Shown one piece after another: positions 24,631 through 39,375 of a stretch of DNA of 64,000 nt; within the stretch, counting starts at the first letter, position 1; each line of letters begins with the position of its first letter. The DNA lies in assembly GCA_025558095.1 (NCBI GenBank), contig JAIVFI010000015.1, positions 496,001 to 560,000 on the forward strand, in the 5' to 3' direction. The translations under genes and the position numbers were made by a program. The notes under the pieces were generated by a model. It ran no database searches and was not told where the DNA came from. It worked only from the letters and a program-made list of their open reading frames with translations. Source of the DNA: Hyaloraphidium curvatum SAG 235-1 (taxonomy: Eukaryota > Fungi > Monoblepharomycota).

Positions 24631-26946
24631 ATGGGCCCGGCATGGACGCGCCTGGGGACCTGCACAGGCCGTCTCATTTGCCTCAGGCACGTGTGGGCTC
24701 GCGATGTGCACGGTCATGGGCACGATTTCCGGAGGGCGAGGGGCAGGAGTGAGTGAACGGAAGTAGATGCGGAGAGCTCGATCTCACGCCGGAACGTCGC
24801 GGGTGCGCCAGGGAGCCTATCTCTTCTAGCAGAGCATCGACTACGTGTCTGGGAAGAAGAAAAGACCAGGCAGGCGCCGAAACCGGCTGCTTCGACCTCT
24901 GTGGAGCGACCAAATGAAGCACCGCCTCGCGAGCAACCGCTCGTGTTCGACGTTGCCGACGAGAAGAGTGTCATGACTTTTTGGCACTCGTCATCCCATC
25001 TTCTTGGCCATGCAATGGAATCCCGTTTCGAAGACGACTGCCTGCTCTGTGACGGACCCGCACTGAGGCCCACCAAGCCCTCCGCGGGTGTATCGACGGA
25101 CGGTTTCTTTTACGACGCGTTGCTCATGCGCAACGGGCGAAGATGGGTTGAAACATGCCTGACGGAGCTCGACAAGACGGATTTCGACGACGCGCGTGGC
25201 CTGAAGGACGTGGCCGAGTCGCGAATCGTGCAGCTGCTGTCAAACGCCCCCCAGTTTCCGATTTATTCGGTAACTGAAGCCGATATGGCAGACTTGGCGG
25301 CAGCAATGTCTGCCTTGGCGGATTCCAAGGCACCTTTCGAACGCATGGAGCTTTCTCGTGGCGCTGCAGCACGGATGTTTTGGTACAACCCGTTCAAAGT
25401 GGCCTTCTTGTCGTCCATCGGACCCGACGTGCCCGTTACGGTGTACAAGTCCGGCACCTTTGTCGATCTTTGCCGCGGACCGCACATTCCCAACACGCGC
25501 CACGTCAAGGCTGTGAAGCTGACGTCGACATCCGGAGCCCAGTGGTCTCCGGATCAACCGGGCGGACCGGCCGCAAACCCTTTATCAAGGGTGTACGGCA
25601 TCTCATTTCCTTCGGCGAAGGATATGCGGACGTGGAACCAGCTTCTCGAGGAAGCAGCAAAGCGCGATCATCGCGTCGTTGGCAAGAGGCAGGGTCTGTT
25701 CACTACCAGTTCCCTATCGCCGGGTTCGCCCTTCATCCTCCCGCACGGCGCAAGGATTGTTCAGAAGCTGTTGGACTTTCTGCGTGCCGAGTATCGGAAC
25801 TTCGGTTACCACGAGGTCATCACCCCGCTGGTCTTCAACAAGGAGCTTTGGGAGACGTCCGGGCACTGGGAGAACTACAAGGAGGACATGTTCTTCGTCA
25901 CCGCTGGCGCGGAAGATGGGCCGAAATCTGCAAATGGCGCCGATGCGACCTGTCATGGCCATGGCCACGAGGACGTGAGAGGCTTGAAGCCCATGAACTG
26001 CCCGGGCCACTGCCTGATATTCAGCACCGAGACCCGGAGCTACCGCGACCTGCCGGTGCGCATCGCCGAGTTCAGTCCCCTGCACCGCAACGAGGCGACT
26101 GGTGCGCTATCGGGGCTCACGAGGGTGCGGAAGTTCCATCAGGACGACGCCCACATATTCTGCGCGCCCGACCAGATCTTCGAGGAGATATCCCAGAACT
26201 TGGCTTTGGTCGACCGCGTTTACGGGGCTTTCGGCTTCCCTTCGTACGATCTCGCGCTGTCCACGCGCCCGGAGAAGTTCATGGGAAGCAGAGAAGAGTG
26301 GGATCGCGCCGAATCCGCGCTCAAGGCGGCACTTGAAGCGACAGGGAAACCTTGGACGGTGAACGAGGCGGACGGTGCGTTCTATGGGCCCAAGATCGAC
26401 ATTCGCGTCCGCGATGCTTTGGGTCGGGCGCACCAGACGGCTACTGTGCAACTCGATTTCCAGCTGCCGCAGAGGTTCGGGCTCAAATACGTGTCGGAGG
26501 CGGGCGTAGAGCAGACCCCCGTCATCATTCACCGTGCGATCCTGGGTTCGGTCGAGAGGATGCTCGCGATCCTGATCGAACACACCGGGGGAAGGTGGCC
26601 ATTCTGGCTGAGCCCCCGACAGGCGATCGTTATCCCTGTTGCGGAGTCCAGCCTCGACTACGCTCGATCCATCAGGAACTTCCTCGCGGTCGGGAAGCCT
26701 TTGCCCGGCAAACCAGATTTGGGCGGTGGCACCTATTTCGTGGACCTTGACTCCTCTGACAACACACTGCAAAAGAAGATACGAGAGGCGCAAGTCGCCC
26801 AGTACAACTTCATGCTGGTGGTAGGGCCGAAGGAGGTCGAGCGAGGAACGGTGAGCGTGCGGACGCGGGAAGGCGGCAACTTGGGCGACATGGCTCTGAG
26901 CGAGGTGGTCGAGCTATTTGCGCAGCGGACCGAGCAGATGAAGTGA
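24631..26946 (+). CDS. Threonyl-tRNA synthetase, probably mitochondrial
   Basis: FWHSSSHLLG, DLCRGPH, KRDHR, LKPMNCPGHC, HRNE, GAFYGPKID, IHRAILGSVER. Upstream exon from ATG 24631 (Arg-rich presequence-like) splices in frame to HRLRVWEEEK. Confidence 0.9.
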
Positions 26947-26987
26947 ACAGCTGTTGTCGGGTATCGCGATTACACAAAACTCAATCT

Positions 26988-29900
26988 CTAAATCATCAAC
27001 GAGCCCCCTTCAATCAACTGCGCCACCGCGCTGGCACTGACAGAGTCATCGAAGTACCTGTTCGGCGCATCCGCGTAAGCTCGGGGACCAATCGCAATCG
27101 AAAATGACGCACTTAGCCCACGACACGTCCTCGCTGAGGCCTTTCCGTCTCCTGGTTTTAACCATGAAGTCGCGAGCAAGATGCTGCGCCGGCGACGGTT
27201 CCAAGGGTCTCAAGACAATCGATTTGTCGAGCGGATCCCCAGGGACAATCTGCCAATGGTCGAACACCTGCTGGCAGAACGCCTGTCCCTGCGTGTGGGT
27301 ACGGAGATCCGTCTCGAACCCGGCAGAGTCAATGACGGGGATTAGGGCCTTGACCGTGTATAGCGGCGACCCGGGTTTCGGCATGTCCTGGGTGACGTGC
27401 CCTCTGGAAGAGGTGCGTGAGCACGCGCATGTCGCGCCGCACGATCAAACACATACCTTCGTCGGCCGAGGACCGTGTATACGGCCGCGACGCAATCAGC
27501 TGGTGCCTGGATTTCGACGAAGAAGACCGGCTCCATCAGCCTTGGGGTAGCCTATTGATAGAATGAGTTCAAGAGCGCGTGCGTCATGGCGTGCTGACTC
27601 ACGGTGAGGAAAGCAGAGTAGCAGACGCGGCGTGCTGTGGGAATGATTTGGCCACCTCCCCGATATATCGGTTCCGGGGCAATCGCCGCGTCGATGAGTC
27701 GAAACTTGACGTTGCGAATCGCTGGGCAAGAGTCAGACGCGGCTTTCTGACGCAAAGCTGACCGCTCACGTTCGTCGCAGAGCGGCCCCTCGCGGGTCGC
27801 CCATTTGAAGCCCTGCTTCATGGAGTCCTTGATCGAAGTGAGCAGCTTCTTGTCGACTTCCGAAGGAAGCGTATCGTTGACAAGGATGTTTGGCCCTGCG
27901 TCGTCCGGTCCGAACGCCCAAATGTTCCGGGATGCGAGCAAATCCCACTGGTAGTTGTTGACAAAGAAATCGCCCAGCTGCTTGTTCGGCATGTCGAGAG
28001 ACACATTCCGGTTTTCAATGTCCTCGGCGATTCCCTTGTCGAGGGGCTCCGAGATCATCGTCAGCTTGTTCCTGGTGGACACATACGTTAGCCGGCGCAG
28101 CGTCGGAGCACGTGAAAGCTCACTTTTTGTTTGGCGTTTCCGCAAAGCACTTCAGAGCACTCGTCTCCACGACCGTCTCCGCAAACCGGACGATCGGATC
28201 CGCAACCTTGATCTCGATGTCCGAGTACATCCGGCGGAGGTCGTGAAGCACGCAGTCGAGGTAGAGCTCGCCGGTGCCCATGATGATATGCTCTCCCGAT
28301 TCCTCCACTCTGGTCTGGACCAAGGGATAGCTCTTGTTGATCTTCCGCAGGCCATCCAGCATCTTTGGCAGCTCCGTCGGGTTGACGGGTTCCACCGCGA
28401 CCTTGACCACGCTGGAGGTATTGAACCGCAGTGGCCGGAAAATGTACAGCGGCTCATCCTCGCTGGGAGCCGCGGTGGTAATGGTGGCCGTCTTCATGAT
28501 CGATGGGTCCACCCCTTCCACAAGCACCCAGGAGCCTGGCGGCGCGGCCGACATCTTGATCCGGTACCGCGACTCAAAGATGGAAATGCCCTCGACCGTC
28601 TGTATCGTCATGTCCTCCTCGTCCTCGGGGCTGTAGCCCTCGCCGAGGACGCGAACTTTGGATCCAACCTTCAAGGTACCGCTGAAGATACGGCCGAACG
28701 CGTCGAACCGCTTGTTGTCCTCCGAGTTGTAGAGCTTCACAACGTGCATCATGACAGGCCCTTCCGGGTCGCAGCGCATCATGGCTTCCGCGATGGCCGA
28801 GTCCATGGGGCCCGTGTAGATGTGCTCAACCTTTCGACGGAATCGTCAGCGAAGTCCCCAAGAAGGTGCGAGAAAACAACCACCTTCGTCCGCGCATTCT
28901 CTAGCGGATTCGGTGCAAACTTGGTCACCATCTCGACGAAACACGAAGCATCTCCCAGGAATTGCGAGAGAACCAGCTCGAGCAGGGGCTTGACATCCAT
29001 CTTCAGCTGGTGCGGTTTCAGGTACACCCCGAGAGAATCCAGCGTTGTCTTCAAGGCGTCAATGTCCTCGCCCAAAACCTGCGAAAAGATCTTGTACAGC
29101 GGCTCCAAGATGAAGTGCACAAAGGTCCGGACGCGCCCAGATTCGGTTGCTTTGCGAGTAAAGGTCCGCTTCTCCGTGTTGTAGAATATCTCGCCCCAGA
29201 GCCGCTTCGCGAACGCGGCAGTGTCGAAGCTCTCGTACGTCATGGCGTACAGTCTCGCAAAGGACTCGAGCGAGAAGCACCATCTCATAGTGGAGCACGC
29301 GAAGCACACGTTTCCCAGCTCGGGGGACACGCGCATGTCTTCAGAGCCAGAAGCGGAGCTGAAGGCACCAACCAAGTCAGAGCAGAATAGACACAACGAT
29401 GCCAAACCCACGAAATAATGCTGTTGACCTCTTCAATCGTGTGGCGGATCTTGAAGTACGCATCCGTCGGCGGGATCTTGAGTTCGAGCATCAAGCGATC
29501 GAGCTTGTTCACCACCAGAACGATCTTCAGCTTCTCGTTGATGGCGTGCCGGATCGATCTCTCCGTGTTTAGCATGACGCCCTCGATGACGTCCACAACC
29601 ACAACGGCAGCGTCCGAGATCCTCAGGGCAGCAGTCACCTCGTCCGAAAAGTTCACGTGGCCTGTCAACAGCCCATTAGGGCAACGAATCAAGCCTTAGA
29701 TGGGCTGACTAACCAGGCGTGTCAAGCATGTTCAGAAGGAACGATTTGCCCTTCAGATCCGGCAGAACGAGCGACATAGGCATGCTCTTGATGCTGAGCT
29801 CCCGGTCACGCTCGAGGTTGAGAGTGTCCGTGTAGCGAGCCTGCTGGAACGTCAAAATCGAGATGCAAAAAAGAGGCGAGGTACCGACATAGCGCTTCAG

Positions 29901-30583
29901 TCCCCATTTTGCCTCGTGTGTCTGCTGAATGAGCATGTCCATGAAGGTGGATTTGCCGTGGCCCAGATGACCGATGATGGCCACGTTGCGAACCAGTTCC
30001 GGAAAGTTGGTGAGATCGACGAGGTACCTGTTTGCGAACCAACTCTGAGCCCAAAGCCCGAGACCAAAGCCTACAGAACGACGAACTCTTTGTTGTACGT
30101 CGTGTACGGAAGATCCGGCTCCGCGACATGGAACTTCTTGATCTTGATTGGTTGGATGATTGGCTCCGTCAGCGGCTGTGTGTCTTCCTCCTGAACAAGG
30201 GCCTCCACGCCGCTTCCGTAAACTTCCTCAGCCGTCGGGTAATACTTCTTGTCCTCGTGAAGGATCACGGCCTGAGATGGTGCCTCTGAACCGACGCGGA
30301 ACGCGTGGGGCTCTTTGAGCCTTCGGAGTTGAACGTTGGGGGGCACCAAGATCCCACCATCGACCCGCATCCTCTGTAGGCCCATTCCAGGTCTATCGTT
30401 CGCCGGCTCGCCGCGCTCCTCGTCGGCCTCGTCCTCGTCGTAGGCCGCCGAGCGGCCCCCGGGCCTGAGAAGGGCATCGACGCGTCCGCCGAAGCTGTCG
30501 CCGGCTTCCTCCTCCTCATCGTCCAGGTCGGGGCCGATGTAGTTCCCAAACTCGTCCCAGTGGTCCGGATTTAACCCGGACAT
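26988..30583 (-). CDS. SNU114: U5 snRNP GTPase Snu114/EFTUD2 (multi-intron)
   Basis: [71 protein letters not shown]. Confidence 0.95.
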
Positions 30584-31028
30584 CGCAGGGATTCCGCCTC
30601 GAAAGGCGGTTGTTGTCGACGCTGGGTTTTCCTGCGAACTTCCATCAGCTCATGAAGGTCGACGCACTGTGCACACCTCAGGCTGCGACCCGACCGAGCG
30701 GGCCGAGCTAAAGCATGGCTCCCACACAGATCGTTATCTAAAGTTGACCGCGGGCGCGGAATTCTTCCGATCGCGAGTGTCGTGGACGGAAGCAAGGCAA
30801 AGACAATACGCGAAGCTCAATAGGTGTGCGAAGACTCTCGGATGCTCCTCGCAGCAGCTATTCATGCTGGCGTTTCATCCCAAAGTCTCTTTCGTTCGGC
30901 ACCTCTGGCTGGGCCAGAAGTGGTCGCCCGTCTGGGGAACGCCTCGTTGACCCGTGGCGGCGAACTCCTGCACCAACAACGCCCTCGTTACCACACCTCA
31001 TACGCTTGGCCGCCGGCTCGTGGCCAAG

Positions 31029-32227
<1,199 letters not shown>

Positions 32228-33320
32228 GCAGCTCCCTCCCCTCACTCTACTCTCTCTGCTCTGCCACGGCGTTGTACCACTTCCTATTTACCCTTGGAAT
32301 GCGTGTAGACCATCAGCGTCCTCGATCAGTCCAGGTTAGTAATGAGGAGTCCAAAGTCCATCTCAGAACAGTCCAACTTCCGCCCAAATTCAACGACGTT
32401 CCCGACAGGATTTGCTGTCGCCGGAGCCTCGAAGACATAGATCAGCTCCGTTTTGCGTCTATCTTGCCGCTGGAGTGGCACCAGACCCGAATGAATGCTC
32501 CGGAGGGCAGCGGGGCAATCTTTCCGCCCGGAACCAAACAGAGGCGAAGTGCCTCCGTTCCCAAACAATGCACGATGGATGCCGGGTCCGACCAAGCGGG
32601 GTCATGAATTCAATTGTGCGCAACGTGATCCGGTGGTTCAATGAGTCTGAGGCCACTTCAGCTGCCTTGGACTGCTCCGGCACCGTTTGCACCGACGTCG
32701 CGTTAAGGTTGGAGCGCTTGGATGGAGATGAATCCTAGTCCAGGTAGCAGGCAGCAACGTTGGTCAATTGATCCCGATCATGTCGCGAGGCGTGCACGGT
32801 TTTGATCCCCGAGGAGCACGGGTCCACATGGACCCGAACGCGCTGACTCAGCGGTCGCCGGAAGAACCAAGGAAGCGTCCCAGGCTTTCCAAGCGGCGGA
32901 GGACGCTGCCGGGTTTGCCGCGTGCGGGAGCGATCTCGGGCTCTTCCAAGCCCGCACGCGAGCCCAGAGGGCTAAGCCGGCGCGGCCGGCGACCTCCAGA
33001 GCGGCAGCAAGCCTCGAAGGATGCGACGCGCGTCGGGGAGCTGCCCCATGTCTTGGCCGCGGACGCGTGCACCGGAAGGACGCCTCTCGGCGTTTCGCAC
33101 TCCCCGTCTCTGCCGGCGCCTCTCTTCGCGCCGTTCCGGCCCCCATTCGACAGGAGCGGCGTATTTGAGCCGGGAGGCGTCGTCTCGGGCCGCCGCCTTT
33201 TATCGGGCGGTCCGGGCGGGCGAACGATGAATGCAGTGGTTTGCACGTGCCCGATGTTGCACACGACACTCGACACTCGAATCCTCGTTCAAACATCGGC
33301 CATCGAGCACTCAGCGCACC

Positions 33321-35183
33321 ATGCAGGCCCTCGCCGCCGCCGTCTGCTTCATCCAGTTCATCGTTCTCGCCATCGCCACCCTCGCCGTCGAGCGGGCCGC
33401 CCTGCTTTTCAAGGCCGCCGGCTTCGGCCCCGCGCTGGTGAGTCCCGCTTCCCCCGCAGCGGGCGACCCCGGCGCCGCCGCCGCAGCGACGCTGACCGCT
33501 CTTCGCACCCGCAGATGGCCGCCCGCACCGCCGCCCGCGTCTTCTCGCAGGCCAGCGTGGCCAACATCGCCATAGTCGCCGCCGCCATCAACCAGTCCAG
33601 CACCTCGTCTCTCGTCCCCAAGGTGGGCAGCGCGACGCCGCCGCCGCCCTTCTTATGCGTTCTTCTAACTCGATCGTTTGGTGCGCCGCCCGCAGGTCTC
33701 GATGGCACTGTCTACGGTGCGCATCGACCGCAACCCGGCCAAGTGGCTGCTCCGGCAGTTCATCGCCGCCCTCGTCGCCGGCCAGAGCATCCCAACGAAT
33801 GCCATCAAGGTGCGTATCGATGTTGCTGCCGCTCTTTCGTTCTCCGCTCACCCGCTGCTCCGCCCGCGTAGGCCGTCATCCCCCGTGCTCTCGTGCCCAA
33901 AGTGCCCGCTGGTCTCCTGGACATCGTCTGCCGCTTCATGGTACGTTTTGCCAAGGGTCACTGCGTTGCACGGCAGGCCGTTGACGCCTGTTCTTTGCAC
34001 CGCAGGCCCTCCCCGGCATCGCCATTGAACTCCTCGTCGACGTCGAGCCCGTCCGCAAGCTCATCACCTTCGCCGACTCTGTGCGCCCTGCAAGCCCCTG
34101 CGGCTCCGACAGCGACGTCACCGAGGCTGCGAGTGACATCGAGACAAGGGTGAGTTTGACTTTCCATGCGTGCTCCGCACCCTTCTGATATCCATTCGCA
34201 GGACTCGTACGACTCGGACACTTCCGAAACCACCGCGGTCGCCAGCGAGATGGAATTGAACGTCGAACGCGGCATTCCGGTACGCACTTTTGCATCGCTC
34301 CCTCATGCACCACGCTAATGCGTCGCTTGCATTTCCAGACCACGCTTCTTCCCCTGGATTCGGTGTGCTCCATCGTTCCCGTGATCGAGATTGTACCTCG
34401 CAAGAAGAAGCAGCCCGTCAACGTCCCCGCCCCCAAGACCGCCAAACCCAAGCCGCCCAAGATCGTCACCAAGCTCGACGCAGCCGAAGAGCAGTTTGAC
34501 TGGAACGAGCACATTAGGAAGAACGCGGCCAAGGTTCCCGAGGAGAACCTGCCGTGGGAGATCAAGGCGCTCCAGGTGATGCGTGAGTTCTATTGCACAA
34601 GCCTCTCCTGCCAGTCCTGACCCGCATTCCCCCACCAGTGTACCAAGCCTTCACCTCCCCCCACTTCCTCGCCTGCGAACAAGGCAGCAAGGAGCTAAGC
34701 TACACGCTCGCCGGCATCCCCGGAGCCCACAGCCAGTGGTGGTGCGCAATCCAGGCGGCCAAGGACTTGCTCCACATGGGGGCCGTGGCGCGCACGCCGG
34801 TCGAGACAGAATCGGCACTGGTCAACAACGTCGAGGAGTTTGTCTCTGCCTCGTCCGCGCTCTTTTCCCGGTGGACCGAGATCTGCGGGTCGGTGCAGAA
34901 GCTGGACAAGTTCGCACGCAAGCGGTACCGCGAGGTCCTGCGCTCCACGCTCGCCATCCTCACCGAGGCGGCTGGCGTCGTCACGGACTGGCTCTCCGGC
35001 CTGGACGGCTACGCCTTCTTCGACGAGCGCCAGCGCCGCAAGCTGGCCATGCTGCCGCCGTCGCTGGCGATCGTCACGCAGATGTGCGCCAGGGCCAAGG
35101 AGGAGACCGAGGCCCTCCTGCACCGCAAGGGTCCGCTGGTGAAGCTGAAGGAGAGCTTCAAGAAGCTGTGCCGGCGCGGGTGA
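33321..35183 (+). CDS. Multi-exon hypothetical (orphan) protein
   Basis: Chain of short GC3-rich exons bounded by GT-AG introns from ATG 33321; last exon is the 34593-35183 frame; no family recognised. A coding-like frame continues to 35284 after a possible frameshift. Confidence 0.5.
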
Positions 35184-35228
35184 TCGGCCACGGGCTCGGG
35201 CCGGAAACGGACTTCATCTTGGATCGCC

Positions 35229-35305
35229 CGGTGCGATCGCATGTCGCGGACACCGTCCGCTTCATTGAGGGTGATCGGATGTAGATAGATTCTCCTGAGC
35301 TATTG
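35229..35305 (+). repeat. About 75 bp imperfect direct repeat, copy 1
   Basis: cggtgcgatcgcatgtcgcgga..tccgcttcattgag..gatc.gatgta..ctcc.gagctat shared with 36532-36605. Confidence 0.85.
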
Positions 35306-35713
35306 TTTATTGCTGTTTACGCCTACATGAATGATATTTGGCAAACGCAGTCACAAGCGCGCGCGTCGGCCCTGGGGCCCCCTATTGCTACCGCCCGACG
35401 GGCCAACCACCGGCGCGATGCTTCTGTCGGACCGTCACGAAGCAATCTAAAGAGTTTCAAGGCATCCGATGTCGAGACGAAAATACTCCTTTTTCAGAGC
35501 CAAACTGGTCTACTCGCCCTACTACAACAATCCAATCGGACCGACGCGGGGTGCATCGGTCAGCCCAACGCTGAAGATGATAAAGTTGCCCCGTTGAATA
35601 GGAACCGCCACCCGCTGGTGAATCCCAAGGAGACGACGCTCAGGATCAATGGCAAACGGCGCACGCTTCCCAACTCACGCTTGTGGGAGCGGAGGAGGTT
35701 GCAGGCCCAGCGA

Positions 35714-36435
35714 TCACGTAACGCAGCAACCCGCGACGACGCCGGGGCTGGCGTCGGCTACCGGAAGCGCGCAGATCCAATCGCCCGAGTCCGAGACTAC
35801 TCCGGTGCTGCTTTCGCAATACATATCGTTGGCATCGGTGTACATCGAGACGGTGGCGGAGCCGGCGCTCGGGATGCAGGGCGGGGAGTTCTCGCCGTCC
35901 ATGAGCTCGTGGCACAGGTACGACAGCATATGGAGGGCCGGCGCGCAGCACAGGTGGCCGTTTGCCGCCGTCTCCCAGCAGATGCCGGACGAGCTGTTGC
36001 CCGGCGCCGCTGGGAGGCCGGTGGCGTAGTCGCAGCCGCTGCCTGCGACGCCCGGAGCCGCGCAGACCTTGGAGCCGGCTGGGACGAAGACCTCGACGTC
36101 GGGGCAGTCCGCGTTGGCGTACCGCCGGTACAGCTCCCGGGCCGACCCGTGCGTGACGCAGGCGACCGAGCCCGCGGGCGCGGCGGGGTGGCCGTACTCG
36201 CTGCCGGCGGTCAGCGGGGCGCGGGGCGGCGCCGGCGCACCCACCAGTATGCGCCGTCGGCACACGCGCCGCACGATGCGGCGAAGGAGACCGCGGAGCC
36301 GCGGCGCTGCGCGGGCGGGCTGCGGGCGGTCAGCGGCGCGGGCTCCCGCGCGGGCGCGACCCACGCGGCGAGGGCGGCCCCCGAAAGGGCGAGAGCAAGG
36401 AGCGCGGCGAGCGCGGCGGACGTTGCGCCCGGCAT
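35714..36435 (-). CDS. Small secreted cysteine-rich protein (1 intron)
   Basis: Signal-peptide-like MPGATSAALAALLALALSGAALA; intron GTGGGT...CTGAC...CAG joins to a Cys-rich frame ending GCCVT. Confidence 0.65.
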
Positions 36436-36531
36436 CGCACGGATTGGCCGGCGGGAGCAAAGTGGGGGAAAAGTGGGTGTCGGCCTTACCTGAGTGACTG
36501 GCTGAGCGCAACGCAACACGATGGTATTGCG

Positions 36532-36605
36532 CGGTGCGATCGCATGTCGCGGAGACGATCCGCTTCATTGAGAGCGATCAGATGTATCTCCCGAGCTATG
36601 GTCAT
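36532..36605 (+). repeat. About 75 bp imperfect direct repeat, copy 2
   Basis: Matches 35229-35305. Confidence 0.85.
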
Positions 36606-37044
36606 TGGTTTGTGCATGCGCTACGCGATCTTGAATGGACTTGCGAGAGAGCCTTCTCATCCGCGTCATGTCCAACAGACCAGGACTATCTGAGGCACTT
36701 TGCGGGCATTTATCTTACCCGGACACAGCTTTCAGTTAGATCGTCCAGCACTGCCAAACACTCTATCTCTACGACCCATGCAAGCAGTAGAGTGCATCCA
36801 CCCGATTGGCAAACGGCTCGCCAGGGCCGCCTGGCCCAATGTCCCTTCGTCCTCCAGCTGTCCCCGCACGATCTCGTGTTTCGATTTAAACCTGTGGCGT
36901 GCATCTCGAGCCGCAGGCCTCTCGTCAACACTTTTGCGTCCGCCGCCCCCGGCGCCCCGGACCGGACCCCGCGGCCGCACGCACGCACGCCCGACCCCCT
37001 CGCATCCATTGGGTATCGTCCATTCCCCCTCCGCCGCGAAAGAA

Positions 37045-39017
37045 TCAACCCCTCCCCGCCCCCGGATCCGTCTGGCTCCTCCGCAACAAGCCCTGCGCCT
37101 CCTCCTTGGCCTGCTGCTCCCTCCGCGCGGCCTCGGTGCGCTCCCTGTATGCCTCGTGCGCGGCCGAGGCCCACGAGCGCACGTCCACCTCGGCGGGGCC
37201 GAAGCGCAGCAGCCAGGGGTGGGCGGCGAGCTGCGTGTAGTTGGGGCGGGATTTGGGCTCCTTGTGGAGGCTGGGAGCGCGCGGGCGGGAGCGTGAGAAC
37301 GATGAACGGTCGGGGTGAATGGGCAGGGGAACGCACCATTGCGCGATAAAGTCGCGGCACTCCTCGGAGTAGTGCTCCGGCGGAAGGCTCGGTCTGTCGC
37401 GGAAGGGAAGGGGCGTCAGGACCGGAACAGCGGGGCAAACGGCAGGTCAACCCACGCCTCGCCCTGCACGATGGCCGTGAGCTGGGCAAACACGCTCGCC
37501 TCGGTCGGGTAGGGGTACTTCCCCGATCCCATCTCGACGAGCGCGATGCCGAGCGACCACACGTCCGACGCCACGGTGTAGGTCTGCGCCTGCTCGAACG
37601 TGATCCGCTCGGGGGCCATGTAGGGCTGGCACCCGATGTTGGTCTTTGCCAGCGAGTTCATGAGCTGCCCCGACACGCCGAAGTCGCACAGCTTGACCTC
37701 GCCGCTCGAGTTGACGAGCACGTTGGTGGGCTTGATGTCGCGGTGGATGATGGAGAGCTCGTCCTTGAGGAAGCGCAGGCCGTGCACCATGGCGTGGGCG
37801 GTCTTGGCGAGGATCGGCTCGGGGAGGCCGTCGGGGACCTCGAGGCGGTCGAGCGAGCCAAAGTCCATGAACTCCATGCCTGGAAGGGTGCCGCAGGCAA
37901 ACGCGCCGCAGGCAGAGCGCCGCAGGCAAAGGCAAGGCAAGATGAGCGAGCGTCCATGGCCCGCCGGAGGCGGCAACCCACAGTAGTAAACGCAGCTCTC
38001 GACAAAGAAGGCCCCGTAGAACTCGACGATGTACGGGCTCACGGCCTTGTGCAGCACGTCCAGCTCCATCAGGATCGCGTTCAGTTTCGCCTGGTCCAGC
38101 TCCAGCCTGATCTCCTTCATGGCCATGACCACCCCCGTGGGCTCGTGCCGCACCTTGTGCACCGTGCCGTACTGCCCCTTGCCCAGCTCCTCGAGCACGG
38201 CGAGCTCGGACATGTTGATGCGGTAGGACTTGCCGCCGGAGAAGTCGACGCCGTCGGCGTGGATGACGGCCTTGCCCGAGAACTGCAGTTTGCTGCACCC
38301 GGCGGGTGAGGGCGAGACGGGCCAGGGGCGCGGCAGGGCTCACCCCGAGGGATCGACGTATCTGCTGAAGTCCCTGAAGGCGTTTGCCATGGGCGCGCCG
38401 TTGCCCAGCGCCGACAGGCTCATGGGCTTCTTCTGGTTGCCGGCGCGGTTGCGCATCGACAGGCCCGAGGCGGGCGGCGTGCGCGGCACGGGAGCCGGGG
38501 CCATTCTGGGCGCGGGCGGGGCGAGCGACGAGGGCGTGGGCAGCGCGACGGGGCGGCTGAATGGCGGGGGGCGCGGCCGCGGGGGTTGGGGAGGCGGTGC
38601 GGCGGCGGCGGGGGCTCCGGCGGGCGCGGGCGCGGCGTCCGCGGCATCGGCCGGCGGGGTGGGCAGCGCGGGAGCGGCGGCGGGCGGCTGCGACACCGCG
38701 ATGGCCGGGAGGGAGCCCGATGGCGCGGCCGCGGGTTGGGGTCCCGTTGCCGGGGATGCGTCCTGTTTCGCGGGCGGCGGCGGGGGCCCAGCCTGCGCCG
38801 GCGGCAGCTCCCCGCTCGCCTTCCGCTGAGAGTCCGTCGGCGGCGGCGGCGGCGGCGGCGAGTGCGCCCGCGGCGACGGCAGCCGTTCGTCCGCGTCGGC
38901 GATTTGCAGCCGCTCGAGCGCGTCGAGGTCGCCCGCCTCGATGAGCCGCGCAATGTGCTCAGAAAGGTCGACGTCGGTGCCCGGCGGGAGCGTCGGCGAT
39001 GGCGAGGGAGACGCCAT
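37045..39017 (-). CDS. PBS2: MAP kinase kinase Pbs2/Wis1 (HOG pathway)
   Basis: Pro-rich N-term; ELGKGQYGTV, MAMKEIRLELD, IIHRDIKPTNVL, KLCDFGVSG, SLAKTNIGCQPYMAPERI. Confidence 0.9.
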
Positions 39018-39375
39018 CCTTTGGTCTGGTGAAGTGGAAACGACGCCCCTTCACGGGACGCAACTTCGTGACGTTTTTCCGTCCCCGCGGATCCCCTAGA
39101 TCAAAACTCGGTCGGGCCTCAAGCAGACATAGATTGCAATGATTCGATGCTCATAGTTGCATCGCGGCTGCTGCGGCGCGGGATTGCTCGTCCCGGACGC
39201 CGAGGCGCCCGCATCAGCGCCGGATCTGCGAGACCCCTCCTCCAAAAATCCCTACTCGTCCTTCAAGTTCCTTCGATAGCTCTACTGCTCATCATTTTGC
39301 TGTTGCCGCCGTCCTGCGTCCTCGCGGGCGATCGGTGCGGTCGGATTTGGGGCACGATGCGATGGTGGTTTACGC

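Noticed and set aside
32300-33300. ORF 32768-33871 and neighbours
   Set aside because: Low-complexity Arg/Pro/Gly translation overlapping the real multi-exon gene; no support.
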